A stretch of 64,000 nucleotides of DNA from Pelagibacteraceae bacterium AG-447-N18 (lineage in GTDB: Bacteria; Pseudomonadota; Alphaproteobacteria; Pelagibacterales; Pelagibacteraceae). Location: assembly GCA_003212275.1 (NCBI GenBank), contig QCQE01000004.1, forward strand, positions 3,238 to 67,237. Direction: 5' to 3'. The translations under genes were made by a program, and so were the position numbers. The notes beneath the pieces are model-generated. The model saw only the letters and a list, made by a program, of their open reading frames with translations. It had not been told where the DNA came from and did not search any database. Of the stretch, positions 19,263-27,516 are shown one piece after another; position 1 is the first letter of the stretch, and each line of letters begins with the position of its first letter.

Positions 19263-19302
19263 AAATTTACGTTGATAATCAAAACTTATTTTAAAATATG
19301 AA

Positions 19303-19326
19303 GGGGCGTTCTGTTGCCAGGTGTCC
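19303..19326 (+). repeat. Island repeat copy 7 (type A): GGGGCGTTCTGTTGCCAGGTGTCC
   Basis: 23 of 24 positions match consensus (C>T). It lies 19 nt before the stop at 19346. Confidence 0.9.
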
Positions 19327-19345
19327 TTAACTTTTCTTTTTAAGT

Positions 19346-19702
19346 TCAACCGAACGCTAGTATTAATAAAGTGGAACCCAAAATTATTGATCCAAATAAA
19401 GCAAAATAAAACTCTTTTACAAAAAATTTTTTAAATTTAGTTTTTATTCCTATTGCTAGAATAGCACCCATAAAGGTTGCTATGAAATTTCCAAAGGAAT
19501 AAATTAATCCATCACTAAGACCAGTATTACCATCAAGATTTTTCATTAAAACTGCATTTAGAATAATAAATACAATGCTTATAAAGATTAAATTTTGTTT
19601 CGTAAGATTTTTTTTTAGATACTTGTTTTTACCAACAGCATAAATTCCAATTAAACCAAAAATAGAATACAGAACAATACTTATTAAAGAATCCAGAATC
19701 AT
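19346..19702 (-). CDS. Small integral membrane protein (118 aa, about four TM)
   Basis: ORF lies between repeat copies 7 and 8 and is hydrophobic throughout. I recognise no family. Confidence 0.65.
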   Translation of the reverse strand: MILDSLISIVLYSIFGLIGIYAVGKNKYLKKNLTKQNLIFISIVFIILNAVLMKNLDGNTGLSDGLIYSFGNFIATFMGAILAIGIKTKFKKFFVKEFYFALFGSIILGSTLLILAFG

Positions 19703-19737
19703 AAACGCATAATATACTATTTAAAAATAAAAAAGTA

Positions 19738-19763
19738 AGGGATGTTCTTTTGCCAGATGTCTC
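19738..19763 (+). repeat. Island repeat copy 8 (degenerate boundary copy): AGGGATGTTCTTTTGCCAGATGTCTC
   Basis: Ends 2 nt before the rnhA stop (19766). It has a 1-nt insertion and several transitions, but GTTCT.TTGCCAG.TG is retained. Confidence 0.65.
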
Positions 19764-19765
19764 AA

Positions 19766-20188
19766 CTATAAATTGGCAGCATCTCTAGCAAGTAAATCTA
19801 CCTCATTATTTAATTGATCAGTTGAATGGGCTTTTACCCAGTTCCAACTTATTTCAAATTCATTATTCAGAAGATCTAATTCTGTCCAAAGCTCTTTATT
19901 CCTAACTTCTTTTTTATTTGCAGCTCTCCATCCATTTTTTTTCCAATTGTGTATCCACTCTGTTATTCCAGACTTTACATATTTAGAATCAGTAAAAATT
20001 TGAACTTTACTTCCTTTTGGAATTTTTTTAAGCGCCTCTATAGGTGCTAATAATTCCATCTGATTATTTGTAGCATCTTTTTTACTTCCTTTAATTTCAG
20101 TTTTTTTCCCTTCATTTAATATTATTGCTGCCCAACCCCCTTTGCCTGGATTACCAAGACATGAACCATCGGTATAAATTTTAATCAT
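19766..20188 (-). CDS. rnhA: Ribonuclease HI
   Basis: YTDGSCLGNPGKGGW start and DSKYV...W.KV.AH motifs; 140 aa. Confidence 0.93.
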   Translation of the reverse strand: MIKIYTDGSCLGNPGKGGWAAIILNEGKKTEIKGSKKDATNNQMELLAPIEALKKIPKGSKVQIFTDSKYVKSGITEWIHNWKKNGWRAANKKEVRNKELWTELDLLNNEFEISWNWVKAHSTDQLNNEVDLLARDAANL

Positions 20189-21153
20189 TAAACCAAATAA
20201 TCCTTATAGTTTTTTAAATTATTATGAATCACCAGTTTTTGATAATATTCTCTTGGATCCTTAATTTTTATCAAAGCACTCTTTGGGGTATTTGTATAGT
20301 CGTAAAGTCTTGTAAGAAAATATCTCATCGCAGCAGCTCGGCATAAAATATTCAATGATTTTTTCTCAATTCCAGAGATTTTTTTAATACCCTCATATCC
20401 TCTAATTAAATTTTTAATTTTTTTCTTATTCAATTTAAATTGAGTTTTTTTCTTATCAAAACAAAGAGCGTTGATACATATTGCTATTTCGTACATAAAA
20501 TAATCGTTTGCAGCAAAATAAAAATCAATAATTCCAGAAATCTTATTTTTTTTAAAAAATATATTATCTATAAAAAGATCACCATGTATTATTCCATTTG
20601 GCAATTTTTTTGGCCATTTATTTTTAATTTCTCTAAAATTACTTTTGAGAAATTTTTCTAAATTAATGAATTTTTTTGATTTAAATTTAATACTTTTTAA
20701 TAATGGGTTTAAATTCTTTATACTCATTGAGTTTTTTCTAAACAACTTTATTTTTTTTGAGGAAGAGTGCATTTGAGCAACAATTTTTCCGACATCATAA
20801 CAATTCTTCAAACTAAGATTTTTTTTATCTTTTCCATCAAGAAATGAAACAACACAAGCAACCTTATTCTTTATTTTAAATAGATATTTTCCATCACGAT
20901 TTTTCAACGGTTTTGGACATCTTATCTTTAGATCATTTAGTTGATCCATTAATTTCATAAAAAAAGGTATTTCTTTTTTTTGAACTCTTTTTTCGAATAT
21001 AGTTAGTATAAATTTATTGTTTTTTGATTTTAATAAATAATTAGTATTTTCAATTCCTTGTTTTATACCTTTAAAACTTAAAAATTTTTGGTTTTTAAAT
21101 TTTTTATTAATATATGAAATATCTTTCTTATTTATCTTTGTGTAAACAGCCAT
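20188..21153 (-). CDS. thrB: Homoserine kinase, type II (APH-fold ThrB)
   Basis: Kinase-like HGDLFIDNIFF catalytic loop; 321 aa; typical alphaproteobacterial/Pseudomonas-type ThrB. Confidence 0.85.
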   Translation of the reverse strand: MAVYTKINKKDISYINKKFKNQKFLSFKGIKQGIENTNYLLKSKNNKFILTIFEKRVQKKEIPFFMKLMDQLNDLKIRCPKPLKNRDGKYLFKIKNKVACVVSFLDGKDKKNLSLKNCYDVGKIVAQMHSSSKKIKLFRKNSMSIKNLNPLLKSIKFKSKKFINLEKFLKSNFREIKNKWPKKLPNGIIHGDLFIDNIFFKKNKISGIIDFYFAANDYFMYEIAICINALCFDKKKTQFKLNKKKIKNLIRGYEGIKKISGIEKKSLNILCRAAAMRYFLTRLYDYTNTPKSALIKIKDPREYYQKLVIHNNLKNYKDYLV

Positions 21154-22098
21154 TTAATTTAATTTTTTTGGAACACGAAAAACAACGTTTTCCTTTATAA
21201 TTTCTACTTCTTCTATAGTGACAGTAAATTTATTTTTCAATTCTTTAATGAAATTTTCTACAAGTATTTCAGGGGCAGACGCACCAGATGAAATTCCGAT
21301 TATATTTGAATTTTCAATTAAGTTAAATGGAATTTCACTTTGTGAGTGGATCAGTATTGAGTTTTCACACCCCGATTTTTTAGCAACTTCAACAAGTCTT
21401 ACTGAGTTAGATGAATTTCGACTACCAATTATGAAAAATAGATCACACTTTTTTGCAATATTTTTAACAGCCATTTGTCTATTAGTTGTCGCGTAACAAA
21501 TATCTTCTTTCGCAGGCTCTCTAATATTTGAAAATTTTTTCTTAAGTATTGATATTATTTCTTTTGTATCATCTACTGATAGGGTTGTTTGAGTAACATA
21601 GGCAATCTTTTCAAAATTTTTTGGATCATAATTATTTGCTTCATCCTCATTTTGGATAAGGTCGATAGATCCTTTAGGTAGTTGCCCCATTGTTCCAATT
21701 ACCTCGGGATGATTTTCATGTCCTATTAAGATCAAATGGTATCCAGCCTTATGAAGATTTTCAGCCTCTCTATGAACTTTAGAAACCAAAGGACATGTTG
21801 CGTCAACATAAGTCATATTATAGTTTTTTGCATCTTGTGGAATTTTTTTTGGAACACCATGTGCAGAGAAAATAACTGGTCTTGTTTTGTCTTCAATTTC
21901 TTCCAGCTCTTCCACAAATATTGCACCTTTATTCCTTAGGTCATCAACAACAAATTTATTGTGTACTATTTCATGTCTTACGTAAACTGGAGAACCATAC
22001 TTTTGAATTGATTTTTCAACAATTTCAATTGCTCGTTCAACGCCCGCGCAAAATCCCCTTGGAGCAGATAATAATATTTTAAGTTCTTTGTTTTTCAT
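21154..22098 (-). CDS. ispH: 4-hydroxy-3-methylbut-2-enyl diphosphate reductase
   Basis: PRGFCAGVERAI, SAHGV and ATCPLV Fe-S Cys motifs. Confidence 0.95.
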   Translation of the reverse strand: MKNKELKILLSAPRGFCAGVERAIEIVEKSIQKYGSPVYVRHEIVHNKFVVDDLRNKGAIFVEELEEIEDKTRPVIFSAHGVPKKIPQDAKNYNMTYVDATCPLVSKVHREAENLHKAGYHLILIGHENHPEVIGTMGQLPKGSIDLIQNEDEANNYDPKNFEKIAYVTQTTLSVDDTKEIISILKKKFSNIREPAKEDICYATTNRQMAVKNIAKKCDLFFIIGSRNSSNSVRLVEVAKKSGCENSILIHSQSEIPFNLIENSNIIGISSGASAPEILVENFIKELKNKFTVTIEEVEIIKENVVFRVPKKLN

Positions 22099-23023
22099 TT
22101 TTATCTAAAAGATACTCAAGTAATATATGTGGAAATGTTAAAGACGCCAAACCTATAAAAATGACTTTAATAATTGAGTTATCAAAATCATATTTCAAAT
22201 TGAGCAAACTAATACCAACTAAACAAATAATAGCAGTTAATATCGTAAGTGGCATAGCTTTTTTAATAAAAATTAATAAACCATTTTTAATATTACTATT
22301 ATCTAATTCGTAAATTAATGTAATGCTATGTCTTACAGAATGTAAAAAGCAAAAATAAGCAGTAAATGCTATTAAAGGAGAGAGATAATAATTTAAAATC
22401 AATATAGAAAAATAATCAAAAAAAATAGAAAAATTCTTAAAAGTAAATTTTTTAATAAACAAAATAATACTTGAAATAGAACTTAAGATTATCCCTATAT
22501 CTATTAATCTATTACTCTCAATAAAGCTTAAACTTAAATAAAAATTTTCATTATCAATTAATAATAATTTAAATATTACTAAAGTTTCATCAAAATGAAA
22601 ATATAATGGTGCCAAAATAACAAGAGATCCTTTAAGAAAATACAGTATCCCCAAAAAGTGTGAGTTATAGTCATGCAAAAATTGTGTATCCTCTTTGCCA
22701 AAATGATACGAGGCAACAATTAGAAATATTATTAGCAAGATAGATGGTATTAAAACCCAAAGTGTTACAACCACTACAGCTATTGAGATATAGGAAATAT
22801 AAAATAGAGTTATATTTTCAATTTTAAAAATCTTTAGAAGCTTCCCACCTTTGACATGATCCAAAGACCCATGTGATACACCAATAATTAAAATCAAAAA
22901 TAAGCAAAATAATGGTGAAAATATAAAGTTACTAAATTTAAATAGTATTATAGAAAAAATGTTACAGAATAAAAAAAAAATAAAAGAATGATTAAGATTT
23001 ATTTTTTTTAGATTCATACTCAT
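22079..23023 (-). CDS. blh: Beta-carotene 15,15'-dioxygenase (Brp/Blh family)
   Basis: Polytopic membrane protein with conserved His residues (GVSHGSLDH, SYHFGKED, FLHSVRH). It sits directly downstream of crtY-crtB-crtI. Confidence 0.85.
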   Translation of the reverse strand: MSMNLKKINLNHSFIFFLFCNIFSIILFKFSNFIFSPLFCLFLILIIGVSHGSLDHVKGGKLLKIFKIENITLFYISYISIAVVVVTLWVLIPSILLIIFLIVASYHFGKEDTQFLHDYNSHFLGILYFLKGSLVILAPLYFHFDETLVIFKLLLIDNENFYLSLSFIESNRLIDIGIILSSISSIILFIKKFTFKNFSIFFDYFSILILNYYLSPLIAFTAYFCFLHSVRHSITLIYELDNSNIKNGLLIFIKKAMPLTILTAIICLVGISLLNLKYDFDNSIIKVIFIGLASLTFPHILLEYLLDKNEKQRT

Positions 23024-23029
23024 TTAGGT

Positions 23030-24100
23030 TTAATCAAATAAAGCTTTGATAAAAATCCATTTTGGCATTTTTAAAATTATAGTCAAATCTTGAAGAAAAT
23101 TACTCTTATTTGATAGAAATTTGATAATTGTTTTAGGTGAACTTTGAAACATTTTAAAAAAAATTTCTGACATTTTTTTTGGATGTTTTTCAAGAACACG
23201 TAAAAATATTTCATCCAAAAATTGGTACTTTTTACTGATTTCAAATTTTTTAGTATGATGAATATTTTCAATATTTTCTCTAATAAATTTACTATGTTCT
23301 TGTATATTCAAAAAAGTATATCCTGTACTTAATCTCGTCATACCACCAGCAGTTCCAATATTAATTTTATTTTTTTCATTTTTGAATGAGGGATAAAAAA
23401 GTGGAATTGCACCTATTTCTTTATAAGTAATTTTATAATTTTTTAAATTTAATTTCTTTTCAATATATTCTTTAATTTGTTGATCATAATCTTTTTGAGA
23501 GTCATCATTCATTTTTGAAATCCAAGTACTTTCAATCAATGCCTTTCTTTTCGAGAAGGGAAGTGTGTAAAAAAAATGGACACTTTCCCTTTGATCACAA
23601 TCAAAATCCATGAGATTAAAAATATTTTCATCGAAATAATTATTTTCTGTCTCTATTTCAACCCCGCAAAAGTGTTGCCATAAGTTTCTAAAGTCTTTTT
23701 TGATAGAGGGAACGCTATTGAATACAAATGAATTTTTTATGTTGATGTCTTTGAGTTCCTTTAAAAAAAAGATATTTTTATTTTTCTTTAATGAATTATT
23801 TATTTTTTCATAAAACAAACCACTATCGATGCTTTGGTATGGATAATTTTCGCACTCAAGAAAATTCATTTTGTTTGGTGCGTTAATTGAAAAATTTTTC
23901 CAATTTTTTATGACACAATCATCAAAATTATGTTCAGATACCTTCCAAAAAGACCAGGTCTTATCTCTTTTATATTCATCTCGAGGCTCGATTATTGCTA
24001 AGGTTTTATTTTCTAATTTATTATGGATCTCTAATTCATAAGCTAGAGATAAACCAGCACAACCACCTCCAATAATTATGTAATCAAATTCTTTCATCAA
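23030..24100 (-). CDS. crtY: Lycopene beta-cyclase
   Basis: DYIIIGGGCAGLSLA FAD motif; 356 aa; crt cluster context. Confidence 0.88.
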   Translation of the reverse strand: MMKEFDYIIIGGGCAGLSLAYELEIHNKLENKTLAIIEPRDEYKRDKTWSFWKVSEHNFDDCVIKNWKNFSINAPNKMNFLECENYPYQSIDSGLFYEKINNSLKKNKNIFFLKELKDINIKNSFVFNSVPSIKKDFRNLWQHFCGVEIETENNYFDENIFNLMDFDCDQRESVHFFYTLPFSKRKALIESTWISKMNDDSQKDYDQQIKEYIEKKLNLKNYKITYKEIGAIPLFYPSFKNEKNKINIGTAGGMTRLSTGYTFLNIQEHSKFIRENIENIHHTKKFEISKKYQFLDEIFLRVLEKHPKKMSEIFFKMFQSSPKTIIKFLSNKSNFLQDLTIILKMPKWIFIKALFD

Positions 24101-24935
24101 GATTAATTTCTTTATTAATCAATAAATGATCATGTTCGATTTGATCATCCTTTTTATTTAGTAAAGAAAGTATAATTAGATCATAAATTGATAAAATCGT
24201 CTCCAAAACTTTTTCAAGGTTTGAAACGTAAATTTTTCCAGATTTACTATAATTTTCAAAGGTTTTCTTTTTCAAAATTTTATATCCAATTTTCCTGTAT
24301 ATTCTTCTGGCAACTAAAATACTGAATCTAAAGCTAAGTGGAATTTCTCTTATCGAATAAAATGAATTTTTATAAAATGTATCTGCAAGTTTAATAGTTG
24401 AATTAATTTCCTCAAAATTTCCATTTATATAAGATCTATTTTTTTTTGAGTCCTCTATCACATCTCTTGATATATTGGTGAGTTGCATTGCTATACCAAG
24501 ATCGATTGCAGATTTAAGAGATTGTTTTTTGCTCACTTTTAAAATTTTTGCCATCATCAGTCCGACTGTTCCTGCTACTCTATAACAATAGATTAAAAGA
24601 TCTTTTCGAGTATCTATTTTTACATTTCGTCTGATGTCTGACTCTATCCCGTCAAATAAATCATAAATTATTTCCAGAGAAATATTGAATTCATTAATAA
24701 TATTCCACATATTTTCAATAACAGGATCCTCAAAATTTTTTTGTTTAAAATCACTTACAAATTTTTGGAATTTTATTTTTTTTATTTCTATTTCATCTTC
24801 GTCATCTGCAATATTGTCTACAACTCTGCAAAAATCGTATAAATAAGAACAATTTTTATAGGTTCTTTTTGGTAAAAAAAAACCAGCCCAATTAAATGAT
24901 TTTGCGTAAATAGATAAATAATTTTTAGAGGACAT
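24084..24935 (-). CDS. crtB: Phytoene synthase
   Basis: Squalene/phytoene synthase motifs (FCRVVDNIADD; YCYRVAGTVG; NISRDV.ED). Confidence 0.92.
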   Translation of the reverse strand: MSSKNYLSIYAKSFNWAGFFLPKRTYKNCSYLYDFCRVVDNIADDEDEIEIKKIKFQKFVSDFKQKNFEDPVIENMWNIINEFNISLEIIYDLFDGIESDIRRNVKIDTRKDLLIYCYRVAGTVGLMMAKILKVSKKQSLKSAIDLGIAMQLTNISRDVIEDSKKNRSYINGNFEEINSTIKLADTFYKNSFYSIREIPLSFRFSILVARRIYRKIGYKILKKKTFENYSKSGKIYVSNLEKVLETILSIYDLIILSLLNKKDDQIEHDHLLINKEINLDERI

Positions 24936-26398
24936 TATAAAATTTTATCTAAAACCTTTGCTGAGGAAAGTACCCCAGGGACGCCCGCCCCAGGATGAGT
25001 TCCCGCACCAACAAAATATAAATTGTTATAAATTTCAGATTTGTTGTGAAATCTAAAATAAGCAGATTGCGAGAATTTTGGTTGTATAGAAAAACCAGAA
25101 CCATATTTTGTGTTGAGATCTTTTTCAAAATAGTCAGGTGTCAAATAAAAATCTTCAACAATATTTTCTTTTAAGTTTGGCATTAAATCTTTTTCCATTT
25201 TCTCTATCACTAAATTTTTCATTTTTTCACCTTCTAAAGACCAATCAATTTTTGATTGGTTATTGGGAACAGGAACTAGAACATAGAAACAATCATGTCC
25301 ATCTGGTGCCATGGATTTATCAGTCGCAGTTGGTCTATGTAGATAATAACTTATGTCGTTGTTTAATTTTTTATGATTAAAAATGTCATCAAGGTGTTCT
25401 TTATATTTATCGCCAAATTTAATGGTGTGATGCTCAACATTATCGTAAATTTTCTTGGTTCCAAAATAATAAACAAATAAACCCATTGAATATTCCATTC
25501 TATTTTTTTTCCATTTAAACATAAAAGAATTACTACTCTGGCCGTTTAACATTTTTTCATAAACACCAGGGGGATCTGCGTTACAAATAACTTTATTAGC
25601 GTCAATTTTTTTTAAGTTGTCCAATTGAACTCCGGTAATCTCATTTTGGTTTGAAATTATTTGAGTTACCTCAGATCCTTTTATTATCTCGATACCTTCT
25701 TCGTTCATTAATTTTTCAAAACCACTAATGATATTTCCTGTTCCGCCCATAGAATAGTGAATACCCCATTTTTTTTCTAAGTATAAAATCAATCCATATA
25801 TGGAGGTTGTGGTGAATGGATTTCCACCAACTAAAAGAGGATGCATGCTCAACATTCTTCTTAATTTTTCGTTTTTGATATAAGATGATACCAGTGAATA
25901 AACTGACTTATAACTTTTGAGCTTGAGTAATGAGGGTAATTGTTTCATCATCACTGAAGGCTTGTCAAAGGGTACATCAGCTAATTCTGTAAAACCTTTA
26001 TCAAAAATTTTTTTGGTGAAATTAACAAGTTTTTCATACCCTTGAGCATCCTCTTTATTAATAAGCTCAATTTGTCTTTTCATTTCATTTTCGTCACCAG
26101 AGTAATTGAACTTTGACTTATCTTCAAAAATGAATTGATACCAAACTTTAAGAGGTGTTAATTTAATATAATCATTTGGATTTTTTTGAAATAATTCAAA
26201 TAATTCATTAATTAAGTATGGAGCTGTAATTACTGTTGGACCACCATCATAAATGAACCCATTCTTTTTAAAAACTCTTGCTCTACCCCCTAGGTCTTTG
26301 TGTTTTTCAATTAATGTAACATTGTGACCCTTAGCTTTAAGGCGAAGAGCGGCTGCTATACCACCAAAACCAGAGCCTATAACTACAGAATTCATCAT
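24935..26398 (-). CDS. crtI: Phytoene desaturase
   Basis: VIGSGFGGIAAALRL FAD motif and C-terminal FVGAGTHPGAGVPGV. Confidence 0.95.
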   Translation of the reverse strand: MMNSVVIGSGFGGIAAALRLKAKGHNVTLIEKHKDLGGRARVFKKNGFIYDGGPTVITAPYLINELFELFQKNPNDYIKLTPLKVWYQFIFEDKSKFNYSGDENEMKRQIELINKEDAQGYEKLVNFTKKIFDKGFTELADVPFDKPSVMMKQLPSLLKLKSYKSVYSLVSSYIKNEKLRRMLSMHPLLVGGNPFTTTSIYGLILYLEKKWGIHYSMGGTGNIISGFEKLMNEEGIEIIKGSEVTQIISNQNEITGVQLDNLKKIDANKVICNADPPGVYEKMLNGQSSNSFMFKWKKNRMEYSMGLFVYYFGTKKIYDNVEHHTIKFGDKYKEHLDDIFNHKKLNNDISYYLHRPTATDKSMAPDGHDCFYVLVPVPNNQSKIDWSLEGEKMKNLVIEKMEKDLMPNLKENIVEDFYLTPDYFEKDLNTKYGSGFSIQPKFSQSAYFRFHNKSEIYNNLYFVGAGTHPGAGVPGVLSSAKVLDKIL

Positions 26399-26435
26399 GA
26401 TAACTTATATTTTTTTGGATAAATTGTAAAAAGTA

Positions 26436-26933
26436 TTATGAGTTAATTTTTTTTAACTCTTCTTTAGTTTCTTCTAAATTTTTCTGAAACAGCGTATCAA
26501 GTTTAGATTTATCAACTGAGGTTGTTATTATTTTTTTTACAGAGTCTATGGCTATTTTAACAGATGCATCTTTAATCTCTTTAATCGCTACCTCTCTCAT
26601 TTGATTAATTTTATTTTTAGCCAAATTTTTCTTAATTTCTGAAGATTTATGAAATTTGTCATTAAGCTCAATGATTAATTTATCAGCATCTTTCTTTGCC
26701 TGATCAAGTATTTTTTTACTTTCAGATTGCGCAGTGTCTAATTTTTTCTGAGCATTATCTAATAATATCTTTGCTTCACTTCTCAGTTTCTCACTTTCAT
26801 CAATCTCATTTTTTATATCTGAGATTAATTTATTAAGAATGGTATTAATTTTTTGAGGTACTTTTAAATATATCAGACCCCCAAAAAATATTACAAAAGA
26901 GACTGCGACCCAAAAAGTTGAATCAATGACCAT
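26436..26933 (-). CDS. atpF: ATP synthase F0 subunit b
   Basis: One N-terminal TM helix and a long charged helix; F0 operon context. Confidence 0.85.
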   Translation of the reverse strand: MVIDSTFWVAVSFVIFFGGLIYLKVPQKINTILNKLISDIKNEIDESEKLRSEAKILLDNAQKKLDTAQSESKKILDQAKKDADKLIIELNDKFHKSSEIKKNLAKNKINQMREVAIKEIKDASVKIAIDSVKKIITTSVDKSKLDTLFQKNLEETKEELKKINS

Positions 26934-27513
26934 AATATCTATCTCCGTTTTTTTTTACTAGATCATCAACAATCGCAGAGATACTGCTATTATTAACTTC
27001 TGCTCCAATTAATTTTTTTAAAATTTCAGCAGATGTTACGACTGCAATTTTATTAATTTTTTCTGGAGCACTTTGTTTTAAAGTATCTATTTCTATTTCA
27101 GCTTTTTTAATTTCATCATCAATTTGTTTATCTAAAATCTCTTTTTTAGAATTAATATTTTTGATTACTTTTTCTCTAGCATCTTTAAAAATGTTCTTTG
27201 CTTCAATTTTACTTTTAAGAATAATTCCATCAAATTCTTTAAGTTTAGCTTCACTACTTTCTCTTTGTTTTTCAGCTGCCTCAATATTTTCTTGGATTTG
27301 TGATTTTCTTAATTCTAAGTTTGCACTTATTTTAGGCAGTATAAGTTTAGATAAAACAATATACAAAACTCCAAAAGTGAGTACGAGCCAGAAAATTTGA
27401 GAAATCCAAAACTCTGGATCTAATTGAGGCATTCCTCCACTCTCCGCTGCAAAAATCTTTTTTGTAAAAAAGAAATTTGTAATTAATGAATATAAAAATA
27501 TTTTTTTAAACAT
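26923..27513 (-). CDS. ATP synthase F0 subunit b'
   Basis: MPQLDPEFWISQIFW motif typical of the alphaproteobacterial b' subunit. Confidence 0.85.
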   Translation of the reverse strand: MFKKIFLYSLITNFFFTKKIFAAESGGMPQLDPEFWISQIFWLVLTFGVLYIVLSKLILPKISANLELRKSQIQENIEAAEKQRESSEAKLKEFDGIILKSKIEAKNIFKDAREKVIKNINSKKEILDKQIDDEIKKAEIEIDTLKQSAPEKINKIAVVTSAEILKKLIGAEVNNSSISAIVDDLVKKNGDRYYGH

Positions 27514-27516
27514 TAA

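Noticed and set aside
18953-19282. 109-aa minus-strand ORF in the sixth cassette
   Set aside because: It has no recognisable features and leaves a long unexplained gap before repeat copy 6. The opposite strand encodes a lipobox lipoprotein sharing the AARVC motif plus a TM peptide followed by a hairpin and T-run. See the corresponding finding.
16913-19765. CRISPR array interpretation of the eight 24-nt direct repeats
   Set aside because: The intervals are 240-490 bp and variable in length, far longer than CRISPR spacers. They are filled by ORFs with signal peptides or TM helices. Repeat copies diverge at the array ends and fall into two subtypes, and no cas genes or leader are present in the window.
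16913-19765. Classical integron attC sites
   Set aside because: The conserved unit is only ~24 nt with no conserved flanks. I find neither RYYYAAC nor GTTRRRY core sites on either strand, no second inverted half-site 50-120 nt away, and no intI gene. I keep only the looser 'integron-like cassette logic' as a hypothesis.
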